32,000 nt of DNA from an uncultured Opitutales bacterium (GTDB lineage Bacteria > Verrucomicrobiota > Verrucomicrobiia > Opitutales > Intestinicryptomonadaceae): positions 1 through 32,000 of the forward strand of contig CAKUIA010000007.1 of NCBI GenBank assembly GCA_934660865.1, in the 5' to 3' direction. Shown piece after piece: positions 7,593 to 16,525 of this stretch. Position numbers and translations under genes: made by a program. Each line of letters begins with the position of its first letter. Positions within the stretch are counted from its first letter, which is position 1. Under the pieces are notes generated by a model. The model had not been told where the DNA came from. It saw only the letters and a program-made list of their open reading frames with translations, and did no database searches.

Positions 7593-8603
7593 ATGAAAAC
7601 GGCACACATAGTATTTGCGCTGTTTGCCTTTGCGGCAAACCTGCTTTGCGCGCAACCGGTAAAAAGCGGCGAATTTGTATTCGAATGTCCGCGCTTTTTG
7701 TGTGTACACTGCGCCACGATTACCGAAAACGCAAACAAAGAGCTTATTTGCGCATGGTTTGGCGGCAAATACGAAAAAAGCGCCGACACCTCCATTTTTG
7801 TTTCGAGGAAGATAGACGGAATGTGGACCTTGCCCAAAGAGGTTGCAAACGCGGCCGAACTTACCGAAAAAAGGCAGGCCGCCTGGAACCCCGTTTTGTG
7901 GAAATACGGCAACGACATAATTCTTTCGTATAAAATAGGAGACTCGCCGAGAACCTGGAGGGGTTTTTACAAAATATCCAAAGACGGCGGCAAAACCTGG
8001 AGCGAACCGTTTGCCTACCCCGACGGCATTTTGGGCCCGATAAAAAACAAGCCGCTTATTACCGAAAGCGGGAAAATCATAGCCCCGTCGTCTACCGAAT
8101 TCCACTCGTCTTTCGGGTGGTTCCCGCATTTCGAAATAAGCGACGACGGCAAAAACTGGCGCAAAAGCGCGCCCAGAAAATCGTTCACGCAGTGCATTCA
8201 GCCCGCCCTTGTGCGAACTGCAAACGGGCAAATTACGGCGTTTATGCGCTCGAGAAACGGTGTTGTTGCAACAACTACCACAAAGGATTTGGGCGAAAGC
8301 TGGAGCAGCATAAAGAAAACCAACCTAAATAACCCCAACTCGGGGCTTGACGCGGTTTTTATAGACGGCGTTTACGCCATAGCCTGCAACCCCGAAAAAA
8401 GCGGCAGAACAAAACTTGCAATAATGGTTTCGAAAGACGCCGAAAATTGGAAAATTTTGTGCTATCTTGAAAAGCAGCCGCACGGCGAATATTCGTATCC
8501 CTCGCTTTTTGTGGATTCGGACGGGAACCTGCACGCCGTATATACCTACAACAGGCGCTATATAAAGCATGTTAAACTAGATAAAAGCGAAATAAAACAA
8601 TGA
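7593..8603 (+). CDS. BNR/Asp-box repeat protein, sialidase (GH33-like) fold, secreted
   Basis: Four Asp-boxes are present: SKDGGKTWSEP, SDDGKNWRKS, TKDLGESWSS and SKDAENWK. There is a signal peptide from the ATG at 7593 (MKTAHIVFALFAFAANLLCAQP). The track's TTG start at 7470 lies upstream of the predicted promoter. Confidence 0.75.
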   Translation: MKTAHIVFALFAFAANLLCAQPVKSGEFVFECPRFLCVHCATITENANKELICAWFGGKYEKSADTSIFVSRKIDGMWTLPKEVANAAELTEKRQAAWNPVLWKYGNDIILSYKIGDSPRTWRGFYKISKDGGKTWSEPFAYPDGILGPIKNKPLITESGKIIAPSSTEFHSSFGWFPHFEISDDGKNWRKSAPRKSFTQCIQPALVRTANGQITAFMRSRNGVVATTTTKDLGESWSSIKKTNLNNPNSGLDAVFIDGVYAIACNPEKSGRTKLAIMVSKDAENWKILCYLEKQPHGEYSYPSLFVDSDGNLHAVYTYNRRYIKHVKLDKSEIKQ

Positions 8604-9274
8604 GCTTAAAAAAACTTCTTTGGCATTTTGTGCGCGCGATGGCGGTTGTGCTTGCAACGGTTGCTACGGGATTTTTTATAGACAGGCATTTTATACGCTA
8701 CTACAAAACCGAGGTTAGGCCCGCAATTTTAACGGAGTTTGAAAGCAATGTATTGCCCGTATTTGACGGAAAAACAAAGATAAACCGCCGGGCATTTTTA
8801 AAAAGTTTTGGCAAACTTGCCCAAGACGCCGAAAAAACCGCCCTGCTTGAATGTAAGCTTACGGAAAAAACCGCTCCGGAATATCCGCTTTTGTGCGTGC
8901 TTATAAGCGAAGCTTTAAAGGACGCGAACTTTGAAGCTTCCGACAACGTTAAAGTTGCGTTTTCGGGCACTTGGGCGAAAAACGATTCGGTTAGAAAATT
9001 CAGCGAAAGCCCCTACTACGCAAAAATTTTCGCCGAATTTGCCCCCCAGGAAAGCGGCGGCAAAGTGCGCTACGCCGACACCGAAAAAAATTTCATAATC
9101 GTTTCGTGCCTGATAGACGAAAAAGGCGTTCCGCATTTCGATTTCCCCATATCGGTAAACGGAAAATCCCTTTGGGAGCTTTGCCAGTTTACGGAAATAG
9201 ACGGTAAACTTACCCTTAAAAAAGGCGCAAAGGAAAAGCTTTTAAGATTTGTTAAACAGCAAAAAGAAAAATAA
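8600..9274 (+). CDS. Membrane-anchored protein of unknown function
   Basis: 224 aa with an N-terminal TM helix (AMAVVLATVATGFFI). Its ATG overlaps the upstream stop codon (ATGA, 8600-8603), which indicates translational coupling. Confidence 0.6.
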   Translation: MSLKKLLWHFVRAMAVVLATVATGFFIDRHFIRYYKTEVRPAILTEFESNVLPVFDGKTKINRRAFLKSFGKLAQDAEKTALLECKLTEKTAPEYPLLCVLISEALKDANFEASDNVKVAFSGTWAKNDSVRKFSESPYYAKIFAEFAPQESGGKVRYADTEKNFIIVSCLIDEKGVPHFDFPISVNGKSLWELCQFTEIDGKLTLKKGAKEKLLRFVKQQKEK

Positions 9275-9294
9275 TTTTAAAGCCCCGTAGGCAC

Positions 9295-9336
9295 AAAAAA
9301 AACGCCCCGAAAAACTCGGGGCGTTTTCCGTTTTTT
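9295..9336. terminator. Bidirectional rho-independent terminator
   Basis: aaaaaaAACGCCCCG-aaaaact-CGGGGCGTTttccgtttttt lies between convergent genes. Confidence 0.7.
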
Positions 9337-9345
9337 AATATAAAA

Positions 9346-10215
9346 CTAATACCCCCTGGCCTTTAGGCATTTTGCCATAACGTCGAACATATCCGGGTCT
9401 TTATAGCCGTGCTTGCCCTTCGAAATTAAGTGCAATTCGGCGGGAACGTCGAAATTTTTTAGCGCCAGGTAGTAGGCTATTGCGGCGTCCAAATATGGGT
9501 CGAACTGCGACTGCGTTATAAAGGCGGGAGGCGTGTTTTTGTCTATCTTGTTCCAGTCGGCGATTTCGTATAGATAGGAATAGTCGTTGGTTTTCGCCTT
9601 TGCCTTGCCCATTCTGCGGTCTTTTTCGGGCTGCGAGCAGTAGGCGGGGTATATCAAAATGGTATAGTCGGGCTTCGACGAAAGTTTGTCGATATCGTCT
9701 ATTGGCGCATACGAATTTTCCGCGTAGTTTGTAGACGTTCTTGCCGCCAAACTTGCCCCCGCCGAAAAGCCCATAATTGCGATTTTGTCGGGGTTTATAT
9801 TAAGCTCCTTCGCTTTCGAGCGCACAAGCCTTACCGCCCTTTGCGCGTCCTGCAAAGCGCCCTCAAAATTATCTGGAACCCTGTATTCCAAAACGGCGGC
9901 CGAAATACCTTTTTTATTGAAAAACTCCGCAATTTTAAAGCCTTCGCCGCTAACGGAATATAGGCAGGAATACCCGCCGCCGGGGCAGACTATAACCAAG
10001 CCGCCGTCTTTTGCGCCTTCGGCCGGGTAATATGTAATTCTTGCCCTTTTAATGCTCGGGCGCGAGGGCGGATTTTTACTTTTCGAGAAATCCAAAGGCT
10101 CGGTTGTTGTTCCCGGCATTTTGCCGCCGCACCAAATGTCGGCCGCGGGTTTTTCCTGCGCAAAGGCGCTTGCCAATGCCATTAATGAGAGTATGCAAAA
10201 CAGTTTCTTCATCAT
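9346..10215 (-). CDS. Secreted alpha/beta hydrolase (esterase, HSL/BD-FAE-like)
   Basis: 289 aa with a signal peptide (MMKKLFCILSLMALASAFA), an oxyanion-hole VCPGGGY motif and a nucleophile elbow GFSAGAS. Confidence 0.8.
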   Translation of the reverse strand: MMKKLFCILSLMALASAFAQEKPAADIWCGGKMPGTTTEPLDFSKSKNPPSRPSIKRARITYYPAEGAKDGGLVIVCPGGGYSCLYSVSGEGFKIAEFFNKKGISAAVLEYRVPDNFEGALQDAQRAVRLVRSKAKELNINPDKIAIMGFSAGASLAARTSTNYAENSYAPIDDIDKLSSKPDYTILIYPAYCSQPEKDRRMGKAKAKTNDYSYLYEIADWNKIDKNTPPAFITQSQFDPYLDAAIAYYLALKNFDVPAELHLISKGKHGYKDPDMFDVMAKCLKARGY

Positions 10216-10261
10216 ATGTACTTTATCTATACAAAGCCGATTTTGCTTTCAAACAAAAAAT

Positions 10262-11107
10262 CTACCGTTTTCTTTTCGGATTTTTGCGGACAAAGCCCGT
10301 TGGGGTAAGCTCGCCCAAATAGCGCGCGTTTTCCATAATATTGCCGTGGGGCAAAACTTTGCTTTTATACGAGCCCATATTATAGTTTTTGCCGCAGTAA
10401 ATATCGTATTCAACCTCGTTGCCGTCCGCAAAACCCATTCGCCCGTTTACGGTATTTTTGCCCCTTAGCTCGGCGTGGGTATTACAAAGAACGTCGTATA
10501 CTTTTTCGCTTTCGGCATCTACAAAAAACGAATTGCCTATGCCGCCCGTGCATTTTAGGTATAGCCAGCCGTTTTTTAGTTTGTATACCGCAAAATTGCT
10601 TTGCCCGCAAGTGTCGGGAAAAATCCCAACTATTTTGCCGCTTTTAAATTTTATGCGCCTATCGTATTCGGGGCACATTGCAAACGCGCGCTTAAACTGC
10701 ATTTTGCAGCCGTCGAAATGCGGAAAAGCTACATTGCTATAATATAAAGTGCTTGCCAAAAGGTTTAACAGCAAAACCGACACAACCGCGCAAAACGACA
10801 CAATAAAGCCAATGGCATAGCCAAAAAGCGCGCCAAAAACCCCGATATTGTTTTTTGCTGCGGCAAAGCGGTAAAACAAAAGGCCCGAAAGTATAATAAA
10901 AAGCACAATGTAAAAAAACGCAAAGCGGTATGCCTCCGGGCAAAGTTCGCCTACAATAATGTACGAAAGCCCCATTGCCGCACAAAAAAGCGGCATTGCC
11001 CCTAGCGAAAAGCCGAGCCAATTAAGCGGCATAAATTTTTTGCATAGGGTTTGCGCTGTCGACGAAAGCGCAAACAGGGCAAAAATAATCTCGAACAATA
11101 CCAACAT
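10262..11107 (-). CDS. Integral membrane protein with a Cys-containing C-terminal domain, unknown function
   Basis: 281 aa. About four N-terminal TM helices are followed by a ~170-aa soluble domain with six Cys. It lies 46 nt upstream of the esterase on the same strand, and TTGACA-N17-AAAAAT lies upstream. Confidence 0.6.
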   Translation of the reverse strand: MLVLFEIIFALFALSSTAQTLCKKFMPLNWLGFSLGAMPLFCAAMGLSYIIVGELCPEAYRFAFFYIVLFIILSGLLFYRFAAAKNNIGVFGALFGYAIGFIVSFCAVVSVLLLNLLASTLYYSNVAFPHFDGCKMQFKRAFAMCPEYDRRIKFKSGKIVGIFPDTCGQSNFAVYKLKNGWLYLKCTGGIGNSFFVDAESEKVYDVLCNTHAELRGKNTVNGRMGFADGNEVEYDIYCGKNYNMGSYKSKVLPHGNIMENARYLGELTPTGFVRKNPKRKR

Positions 11108-11187
11108 AGCCGCGCGAATTTTTTATGCCGCTTGCTACAATGTCAATTTTTGTTTTGCAAAAAGTGTTTTAAGCCCCGGTTTTTATC

Positions 11188-11203
11188 TTGCAATTATATG
11201 CAA
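11188..11203. promoter_or_regulatory. Near-palindrome TTGCAATTATATGCAA upstream of the Fur-family gene
   Basis: TTGCA-N6-TGCAA inverted repeat 39 nt upstream of the ATG at 11242. It is an AT-rich 16-mer of the general Fur-family box style. No match to a specific consensus is claimed. Confidence 0.25.
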
Positions 11204-11241
11204 ATTTGGCACTTTCGAAAAAAAAGAACTAAAGATACCCG

Positions 11242-11652
11242 ATGGACGCGATATCAAAGGCCTTTTACGACTACTGCAAGGCGAACGGACTAAAAAAAAC
11301 CGTTCCGCGCCGCGCCGTGTTCGAGCTGTTCTACCACGGCGGCATACATATTAGCGTAGACGATGTATTTAGGCAGATACGCCAAAAGCTGCCCGCAATT
11401 AAGGAGGAAAGCCTGTATAGGGTTTTAGCCGACCTTGAAAGAACCGGCAATATACGCAAGATGGACATTAGGGGCGTAATGAAATACGAATCGGCAAAGA
11501 CGGTTCACGACCACTTTGTCTGCTCGCAATGCGGAAAGATTATAGACGTAAAAAGCTTTGGCGTTAGCGCGCCTAAAAGCCTTAAAAACGCAAGCATAAG
11601 CTCGGTTACCGTATACGGCATTTGCCCCGACTGCCGAAAAGCAAAAAAATAA
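11242..11652 (+). CDS. Fur-family metalloregulator (Fur/Zur/PerR subtype not resolvable)
   Basis: 136 aa. An N-terminal winged-helix region is followed by HDHFVCSQCGKI and GICPDCRK, the two CxxC pairs of the structural Zn site. Confidence 0.85.
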   Translation: MDAISKAFYDYCKANGLKKTVPRRAVFELFYHGGIHISVDDVFRQIRQKLPAIKEESLYRVLADLERTGNIRKMDIRGVMKYESAKTVHDHFVCSQCGKIIDVKSFGVSAPKSLKNASISSVTVYGICPDCRKAKK

Positions 11653-11662
11653 AACTAAAAAA

Positions 11663-12664
11663 ATGAAAGCTCTGCCTAAAATTCTTTTGTCTTTAATTTT
11701 TGCAGCGGCTTTTATCCCGCTTTTTGCAAGCCTGCCAAAAGACATTGAACTTTGCGCAAAAGAGTATTTGCAAAGCCCCAACAACACCGACAATGTGCGC
11801 GAAGCTTTTTATATGCTTTACAGCAACGGCGGCAACGAACTTTTTGAGCCGACCGAAAGCGAAAATACACAATTTTTGTTTTTGTGCCTAAAGGGTTTGG
11901 CGCAAAACGCCGACAAACGCAGCACTAGCCTGCGCTACCAATTTCAGCTAAACCAAATTTTAAATTTAATTTTTGCCTGTGTAGATACAAGCGAAACGCA
12001 AAAAGTAAAACTTTCACGCGAGCATATACTTGTTTTATTCGACGCATTAAAGGCCGACATGTTTTTAATGCAAGGCGGCGATATTGAACTTGCGCGGTAT
12101 ATTGAATATGTTTCCAGCACAAGTATTTTGTACTGCGAAAAATCGAAAGACGGCTTTTTAGACAAGGCAAAGAAAGCCGAACTTGCAGAAAAATGGCGCG
12201 CCAAATTTTTGGAGGCAAATAATTGCAGGGAAAACAAAAGCCCCATGCCCGCCGCAAAAGACAGGGAAAGCGCCGCATTTGAACTGTTCAAAAAAGCCTG
12301 CAAAACGTACGAAATTTTTTACGACGGCGGCATTTGCCTGGACGGCGGCAGCCTGCCCATTACAATAACGAACAATGTAAGGAAATACACTTTGTATATA
12401 AAAGCGCACAACAAGTTGAACAAAGACGGCTGCGATTTCGAGGTATTTTCGAACTCGGACAACTATTATGCGTCTACCGAATTGCATTTTACGAACAGCG
12501 GCAAAAATTTCGATTTTTCCGAAGTCGAAAAAATTTTAAACGCACGCGCTTTAGACAAAGCCTCGCGCGACAGGCTTGAAAGCTTTACGGAAAAATCGAA
12601 CGATTGCCGCCAAATTCAAAACATAAAGCGCCTGTTTTTTAGCGGCAAAGCCGCCCGAAAATAA
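11663..12664 (+). CDS. Secreted protein of unknown function
   Basis: 333 aa with a signal peptide (MKALPKILLSLIFAAAFIPLFA). It starts 10 nt after the Fur-family stop codon. I recognise no motif. Confidence 0.6.
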   Translation: MKALPKILLSLIFAAAFIPLFASLPKDIELCAKEYLQSPNNTDNVREAFYMLYSNGGNELFEPTESENTQFLFLCLKGLAQNADKRSTSLRYQFQLNQILNLIFACVDTSETQKVKLSREHILVLFDALKADMFLMQGGDIELARYIEYVSSTSILYCEKSKDGFLDKAKKAELAEKWRAKFLEANNCRENKSPMPAAKDRESAAFELFKKACKTYEIFYDGGICLDGGSLPITITNNVRKYTLYIKAHNKLNKDGCDFEVFSNSDNYYASTELHFTNSGKNFDFSEVEKILNARALDKASRDRLESFTEKSNDCRQIQNIKRLFFSGKAARK

Positions 12665-12713
12665 AATTCTTTTGCTTGATTTTGCGGGCAAAGGGGTTTT
12701 TATTTCGCACTTT

Positions 12714-13589
12714 ATGCTGATACTTTTCCCTCTTATTGCGGCGACGCTATACAGCGTTAGCGTTATTTTGGTAAAGGAATATTCCTCGTTCGGCAAAATG
12801 TCGGGCGTGGGGGCTTTGATATTCAACAATGCGGCAATGTGTGCCGTTTTTGCGCCAGCGCTGTTTTTCGGCGAAGCCGTAGACTTGCAAAAAGTTTGGG
12901 AACCCGTGCTTATAGGCATATTTTGGGGGCTGGCGAACATTGCAACCTTTATCTGCGCGCAAAAAGGCGAAGTTTCGCTTATGACGCCCGTTATGGGAGT
13001 TAAAGTTTTAATAGTGTTTGCATTTGCGCACCTTCTTATCGGGTCGGTTCTTACAGCGCCGATGTATATTGCGGGCTTTGCGTGCTGTTTTGCGGTGTTT
13101 TTAATGGGCTTCGACAAAAGCTCTTTAAAAAGCAAAAAGTTTGCAATAACCCTGTTTTTGGCGTTGGCGGCATGCACTTCGTACGCAATGGCCGACGTTT
13201 TAATACAGACATTTTCGGCCGACTTTTCGCCGTGGCACATGCTGGCAATTTCGTCGGTATCGGTTTTGGTTTCGTCGTTTCCATTTCTGCCGAAATTTGC
13301 CCGCGAAGTAAAAAACGCCGACAAAAAAAGCCTTTTGCTTTGCGTGCTTGCCGCCCTTATTATGGCGGCCGAAAGCCTGTTTATGTTCTACGCGATAAGG
13401 GAGGGAGTGGGAGCCGCCCTATGCAACATTCTATATAATATGCGCGGGGTAATTTCGGTTGTGCTGGTATTTATTTTGGGAAAAAGGCTAAAGGGCATTG
13501 CCGAATTAAATACCACTGCGGCAGCAAAAAGGCTTGTGGGCTCGCTTATAATAATTGCGGCGGTGGCCTTTGCGGTATTTGCAAAATAG
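12714..13589 (+). CDS. DMT (EamA-like) superfamily transporter
   Basis: About 10 TM segments arranged as two similar halves. I prefer the ATG at 12714 over the track's TTG at 12672. Confidence 0.6.
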   Translation: MLILFPLIAATLYSVSVILVKEYSSFGKMSGVGALIFNNAAMCAVFAPALFFGEAVDLQKVWEPVLIGIFWGLANIATFICAQKGEVSLMTPVMGVKVLIVFAFAHLLIGSVLTAPMYIAGFACCFAVFLMGFDKSSLKSKKFAITLFLALAACTSYAMADVLIQTFSADFSPWHMLAISSVSVLVSSFPFLPKFAREVKNADKKSLLLCVLAALIMAAESLFMFYAIREGVGAALCNILYNMRGVISVVLVFILGKRLKGIAELNTTAAAKRLVGSLIIIAAVAFAVFAK

Positions 13590-13620
13590 CGCGCAAAAAA
13601 ACACCCTGTTTTTGCGCAAC

Positions 13621-13650
13621 AAAAAAGCCCCCCGAAAAATTCGGGGAGCT
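13621..13650 (-). terminator. Terminator of the feo operon (also closes the convergent DMT gene)
   Basis: aaaaaAGCCCCCCG-aaaaatt-CGGGGAGCT pairs 8 of 9 positions. On the minus strand it is followed by TTTTTT. Confidence 0.6.
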
Positions 13651-13677
13651 TGCTATTACGACAGATTATGAAATTTT

Positions 13678-13857
13678 TTATCCGTTCTTGGCCGACCAGC
13701 TTTTAACTTTTTTCGGCTCTTTGCCCTTCGAGCACGAGCAACAACCGCCCGAACACGAAGAACAATGGCTATTGCGGCCTTTCTTTAGTTTTTTCGACAC
13801 AACCAGTATGCCGACGGCCGCCAACAAAGCCACAACTATTGTAAGACCCCTTTCCAT
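13678..13857 (-). CDS. FeoB-associated Cys-rich small membrane protein (59 aa, not in the ORF track)
   Basis: My own translation is MERGLTIVVALLAAVGILVVSKKLKKGRNSHCSSCSGGCCSCSKGKEPKKVKSWSAKNG*. It has one TM helix, then a basic stretch, then a CxxCxxxCCxC cluster. A GGAGG lies 9 nt upstream, and the gene starts 4 nt after the feoB stop codon. Confidence 0.75.
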   Translation of the reverse strand: MERGLTIVVALLAAVGILVVSKKLKKGRNSHCSSCSGGCCSCSKGKEPKKVKSWSAKNG

Positions 13858-13861
13858 ATAA

Positions 13862-16162
13862 TTAGCCTCCTATTATTTTTGTTCCCAAATCGAATATAAG
13901 ACCGATGTGGTATGTCAGGAACGTAAAGACGTATGCCAAGGCGAACAAGCCTATTGCCTCGATTATGGCCATCGACCAGGAGTTAAGCTCTCTTTTGATA
14001 ACCGCCAAAGTAGCCAGGCACGGAATGGACATCAGGCAGAATATCATTATGCAAAAGCCCTGAAGCGGAGTGTAAACCGCGGCCAATCTTTCGCGCAGGG
14101 GCACGCATTCCTCGTCGGCTTCGCCTTCGGCATAGAGAATGCCCAACTGCGAAACAAACACTTCCTTTGCGGCCAATGCGCCGATGGAGGCCGTTGTAAG
14201 TTTCCAGTCGAAACCTATGGGGCGGAATACCGGTTCAAGGAATTTGCCAACCCTGCCGGATATTGTATATTCCATAGCTTCGGCGGCCTTTTCGTTTTCC
14301 AAGGCGGTCGCCTTTTCGGCGGCTTCGGCTTGGGCGTCTACAATGGCTTTTTGGGCTGCGTTAAGCGATTTGTTTTCGGAAAGCTTTTCGAGCAATTCTT
14401 CGGAAAGCGCCGAGCTTTCTTTTACTTCGGCAATTTCCTCCTTATCCAACAAGGGCGAGATTACCGCCAATTTTGCCGCGTCTATTGCAGCCGACTTTTG
14501 AACGGCCTCGGCTTGGGCGTCGTAGTCCTTCGAAAATTCGGTCTTTTCGGGATATGTATTTGCAATGTACAACAATATTGAAGTTGCCAGAATTATGGTA
14601 CCTGCTTTGTGCAAATACATTTTACCCCTGTCCCACATGTGCAGCAAAAGGCTTTTAATTGTGGGCATTCTGTAGGGAGGCAATTCCATTAGGTATACTT
14701 CGCCGTCGCCCTTGAATATGGTGCTTTTCATTATGCGGGCGGCAACCAAAGCGACAACTACGCCTATCAAATACATAAGCCACATAATAAAGGCCTGGTA
14801 TTTGGCCGCGAAGAACGCGGGAATAATCAATGCGTAAATGGGCAACCTTGCGCCGCAGCTCATCAGGGGCAAAACCATAATCGTTGTTTTGCGGTCTTTT
14901 TCGGATTCTATGCAGCGCGTTGCCATAATGGCGGGAACGTTGCAGCCGAAGCCCAAAATTAGCGGAACAAACGAGCGCCCCTGCAGGCCGAACTTGCGCA
15001 TAACGCCGTCCATAACAAAGGCAGCCCTTGCCATATAGCCGCTGTCCTCCAAAATTGCTATTGCAAAGAACAGGAACAAGATGTTCGGCAAGAATACCAA
15101 AACGCCGCCAACGCCGCCTATGATACCGTCGGTTACAAGGTTTCTAAGATACGGGAATGTCTCTTCGCTCCACGAATTTTTAACCAAGTCGGACAAGTAT
15201 CCGAAAAAGTCTTCAATCATTCCCATAAAGGGGTCTGCGCACGTGAATGTAAAATAGAACGTTGCGTATATGATGGCCAAGAATATGGGCAAGCCAAGGA
15301 ATTTGTTGGTCATTACATTGTCTATTTTGTCGGAAATTTCGCGGCGTTTTTCGCCCGTCATGGAGATTGCGTCGCGGAACGCGCCCGAAAGCATTGCATA
15401 GCGGCGGTCGGCCATAAAGCTGGCGGCCTCTATTGCGTGAATGTCGTACAGGTGCTTTATCTGCGCTTTTACTTCGTCGTGGACGGGATTAAAATCTTCG
15501 ATTTTCTTTACGCAGCTGTCGTCTTCCAAAAGCTTGATGGCAAAAAACCTCGAGGGAATGTGCGCATATTTTGCTATGTGCAACGCGTCTATCTTGTCGG
15601 CAACGGCCTTTATGGAGTCGTCTATGTCGCTACCGTACGAAAGCATAGGAACGCCGTGGGTTTCGAGCGTTTTCAATGCGGCCGAAAGCTTTTCGATAAG
15701 CTCGCTTACCCCGCTGGCTTTGCGGCCTACGCACTGGGCTATGGGCGAACCGAAATATTTTTCGAGCTTGGGAATGTCGAACTTCAAGCCCTTGCGCTTT
15801 GCGTCGTCGGCCATATTGAACACAATAAGCATCGGAATATGCAATTCGGCCAACTGTGTCGTTAAATACATGCTTCTGCGCGGAATGGACGAGTCTACAA
15901 TGTTAATTAGAATGTCGATACCGGGCTTTGTAAGCTCGTCGAAAACCACGGCCTCTTCGGGAGAGCCCGAAGAAAGCGAATATACGCCCGGCAAGTCTAC
16001 CAACTCGATGTCGTATTCGCCGAGTTTAAATTCGCCCGACTTGCTTTCTACCGTAACGCCCGGGTAGTTGCCGACATGCTGGCGCGCGCCCGTTAGTATG
16101 TTGAATATGGAAGTTTTGCCGCAATTAGGATTGCCGACTAAAGCCGCCTTGATTTTTTTCAT
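13862..16162 (-). CDS. feoB: Ferrous iron transporter FeoB
   Basis: 766 aa. The N-terminal G domain shows GNPNCGKTSIFN, YPGVTVE, DLPG and NMAD, followed by a polytopic membrane domain. Confidence 0.95.
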   Translation of the reverse strand: MKKIKAALVGNPNCGKTSIFNILTGARQHVGNYPGVTVESKSGEFKLGEYDIELVDLPGVYSLSSGSPEEAVVFDELTKPGIDILINIVDSSIPRRSMYLTTQLAELHIPMLIVFNMADDAKRKGLKFDIPKLEKYFGSPIAQCVGRKASGVSELIEKLSAALKTLETHGVPMLSYGSDIDDSIKAVADKIDALHIAKYAHIPSRFFAIKLLEDDSCVKKIEDFNPVHDEVKAQIKHLYDIHAIEAASFMADRRYAMLSGAFRDAISMTGEKRREISDKIDNVMTNKFLGLPIFLAIIYATFYFTFTCADPFMGMIEDFFGYLSDLVKNSWSEETFPYLRNLVTDGIIGGVGGVLVFLPNILFLFFAIAILEDSGYMARAAFVMDGVMRKFGLQGRSFVPLILGFGCNVPAIMATRCIESEKDRKTTIMVLPLMSCGARLPIYALIIPAFFAAKYQAFIMWLMYLIGVVVALVAARIMKSTIFKGDGEVYLMELPPYRMPTIKSLLLHMWDRGKMYLHKAGTIILATSILLYIANTYPEKTEFSKDYDAQAEAVQKSAAIDAAKLAVISPLLDKEEIAEVKESSALSEELLEKLSENKSLNAAQKAIVDAQAEAAEKATALENEKAAEAMEYTISGRVGKFLEPVFRPIGFDWKLTTASIGALAAKEVFVSQLGILYAEGEADEECVPLRERLAAVYTPLQGFCIMIFCLMSIPCLATLAVIKRELNSWSMAIIEAIGLFALAYVFTFLTYHIGLIFDLGTKIIGG

Positions 16163-16163
16163 A

Positions 16164-16463
16164 TTACTTGTTGCTTTCTATGAGAATGTTTTTTGCGTCG
16201 TCTTTGTGCAAAGCCATGCTTGTTTCCATAACTTTAACCCTTATAAGCCCGCCGAAGGGGGCTTTTGCCTCGATTATAAGTTCGGTTCCAGGAACAAGCC
16301 CAACGTCGGAGAACTTTTTTTCGCCGCGCGCCTGGGGGATTATCCTTAGAATTTTGCAGCTTTCGCCGACTTTAAGGTCGGCCAAGCTTTTGTTTTGTTT
16401 TTTGTCGGATACTATGTCCATGCTTACTTTCATTTTTTTAATTGTTGTTGAAAAATCTTTCAT
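16164..16463 (-). CDS. feoA: FeoA family protein
   Basis: LADLKVGESCKILRI and GLVPGTELIIEAKAPFGGLIRVKV form a FeoA SH3-like domain. The stop codon lies 1 nt before the feoB ATG. The start is uncertain, with alternative ATGs at 16433 and 16421. Confidence 0.85.
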   Translation of the reverse strand: MKDFSTTIKKMKVSMDIVSDKKQNKSLADLKVGESCKILRIIPQARGEKKFSDVGLVPGTELIIEAKAPFGGLIRVKVMETSMALHKDDAKNILIESNK

Positions 16464-16525
16464 ATAAAAACGGCCAATGCCCGTTTTATGCGGGCAATTT
16501 TGCGCATTTTTATATTTTGGCGTAG

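Noticed and set aside
11207-11221. A perfect TGGCAC hexamer 30 nt upstream of the Fur-family gene.
   Set aside because: The -12 position (11218-11221) reads AAAA rather than TTGC, so it is not a credible sigma-54 promoter.
14243-14530. An A/E/K-rich, probably helical ~95-residue segment inside the FeoB membrane domain (AQAEAVQKSAAIDAAKL...EKATALENEKAAEAMEY).
   Set aside because: Variable cytoplasmic loops occur in FeoB proteins. Without an alignment I cannot show that this is an insertion rather than the normal lineage-specific loop. There is no nucleotide repeat or mobile-element signature.
16479-16495. A small GC hairpin (GCCCG-ttttatg-CGGGC) in the feoA leader, considered as a riboswitch or attenuator.
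   Set aside because: The stem is only 5 bp, with no T-run and no alternative pairing or conserved riboswitch core that I recognise.
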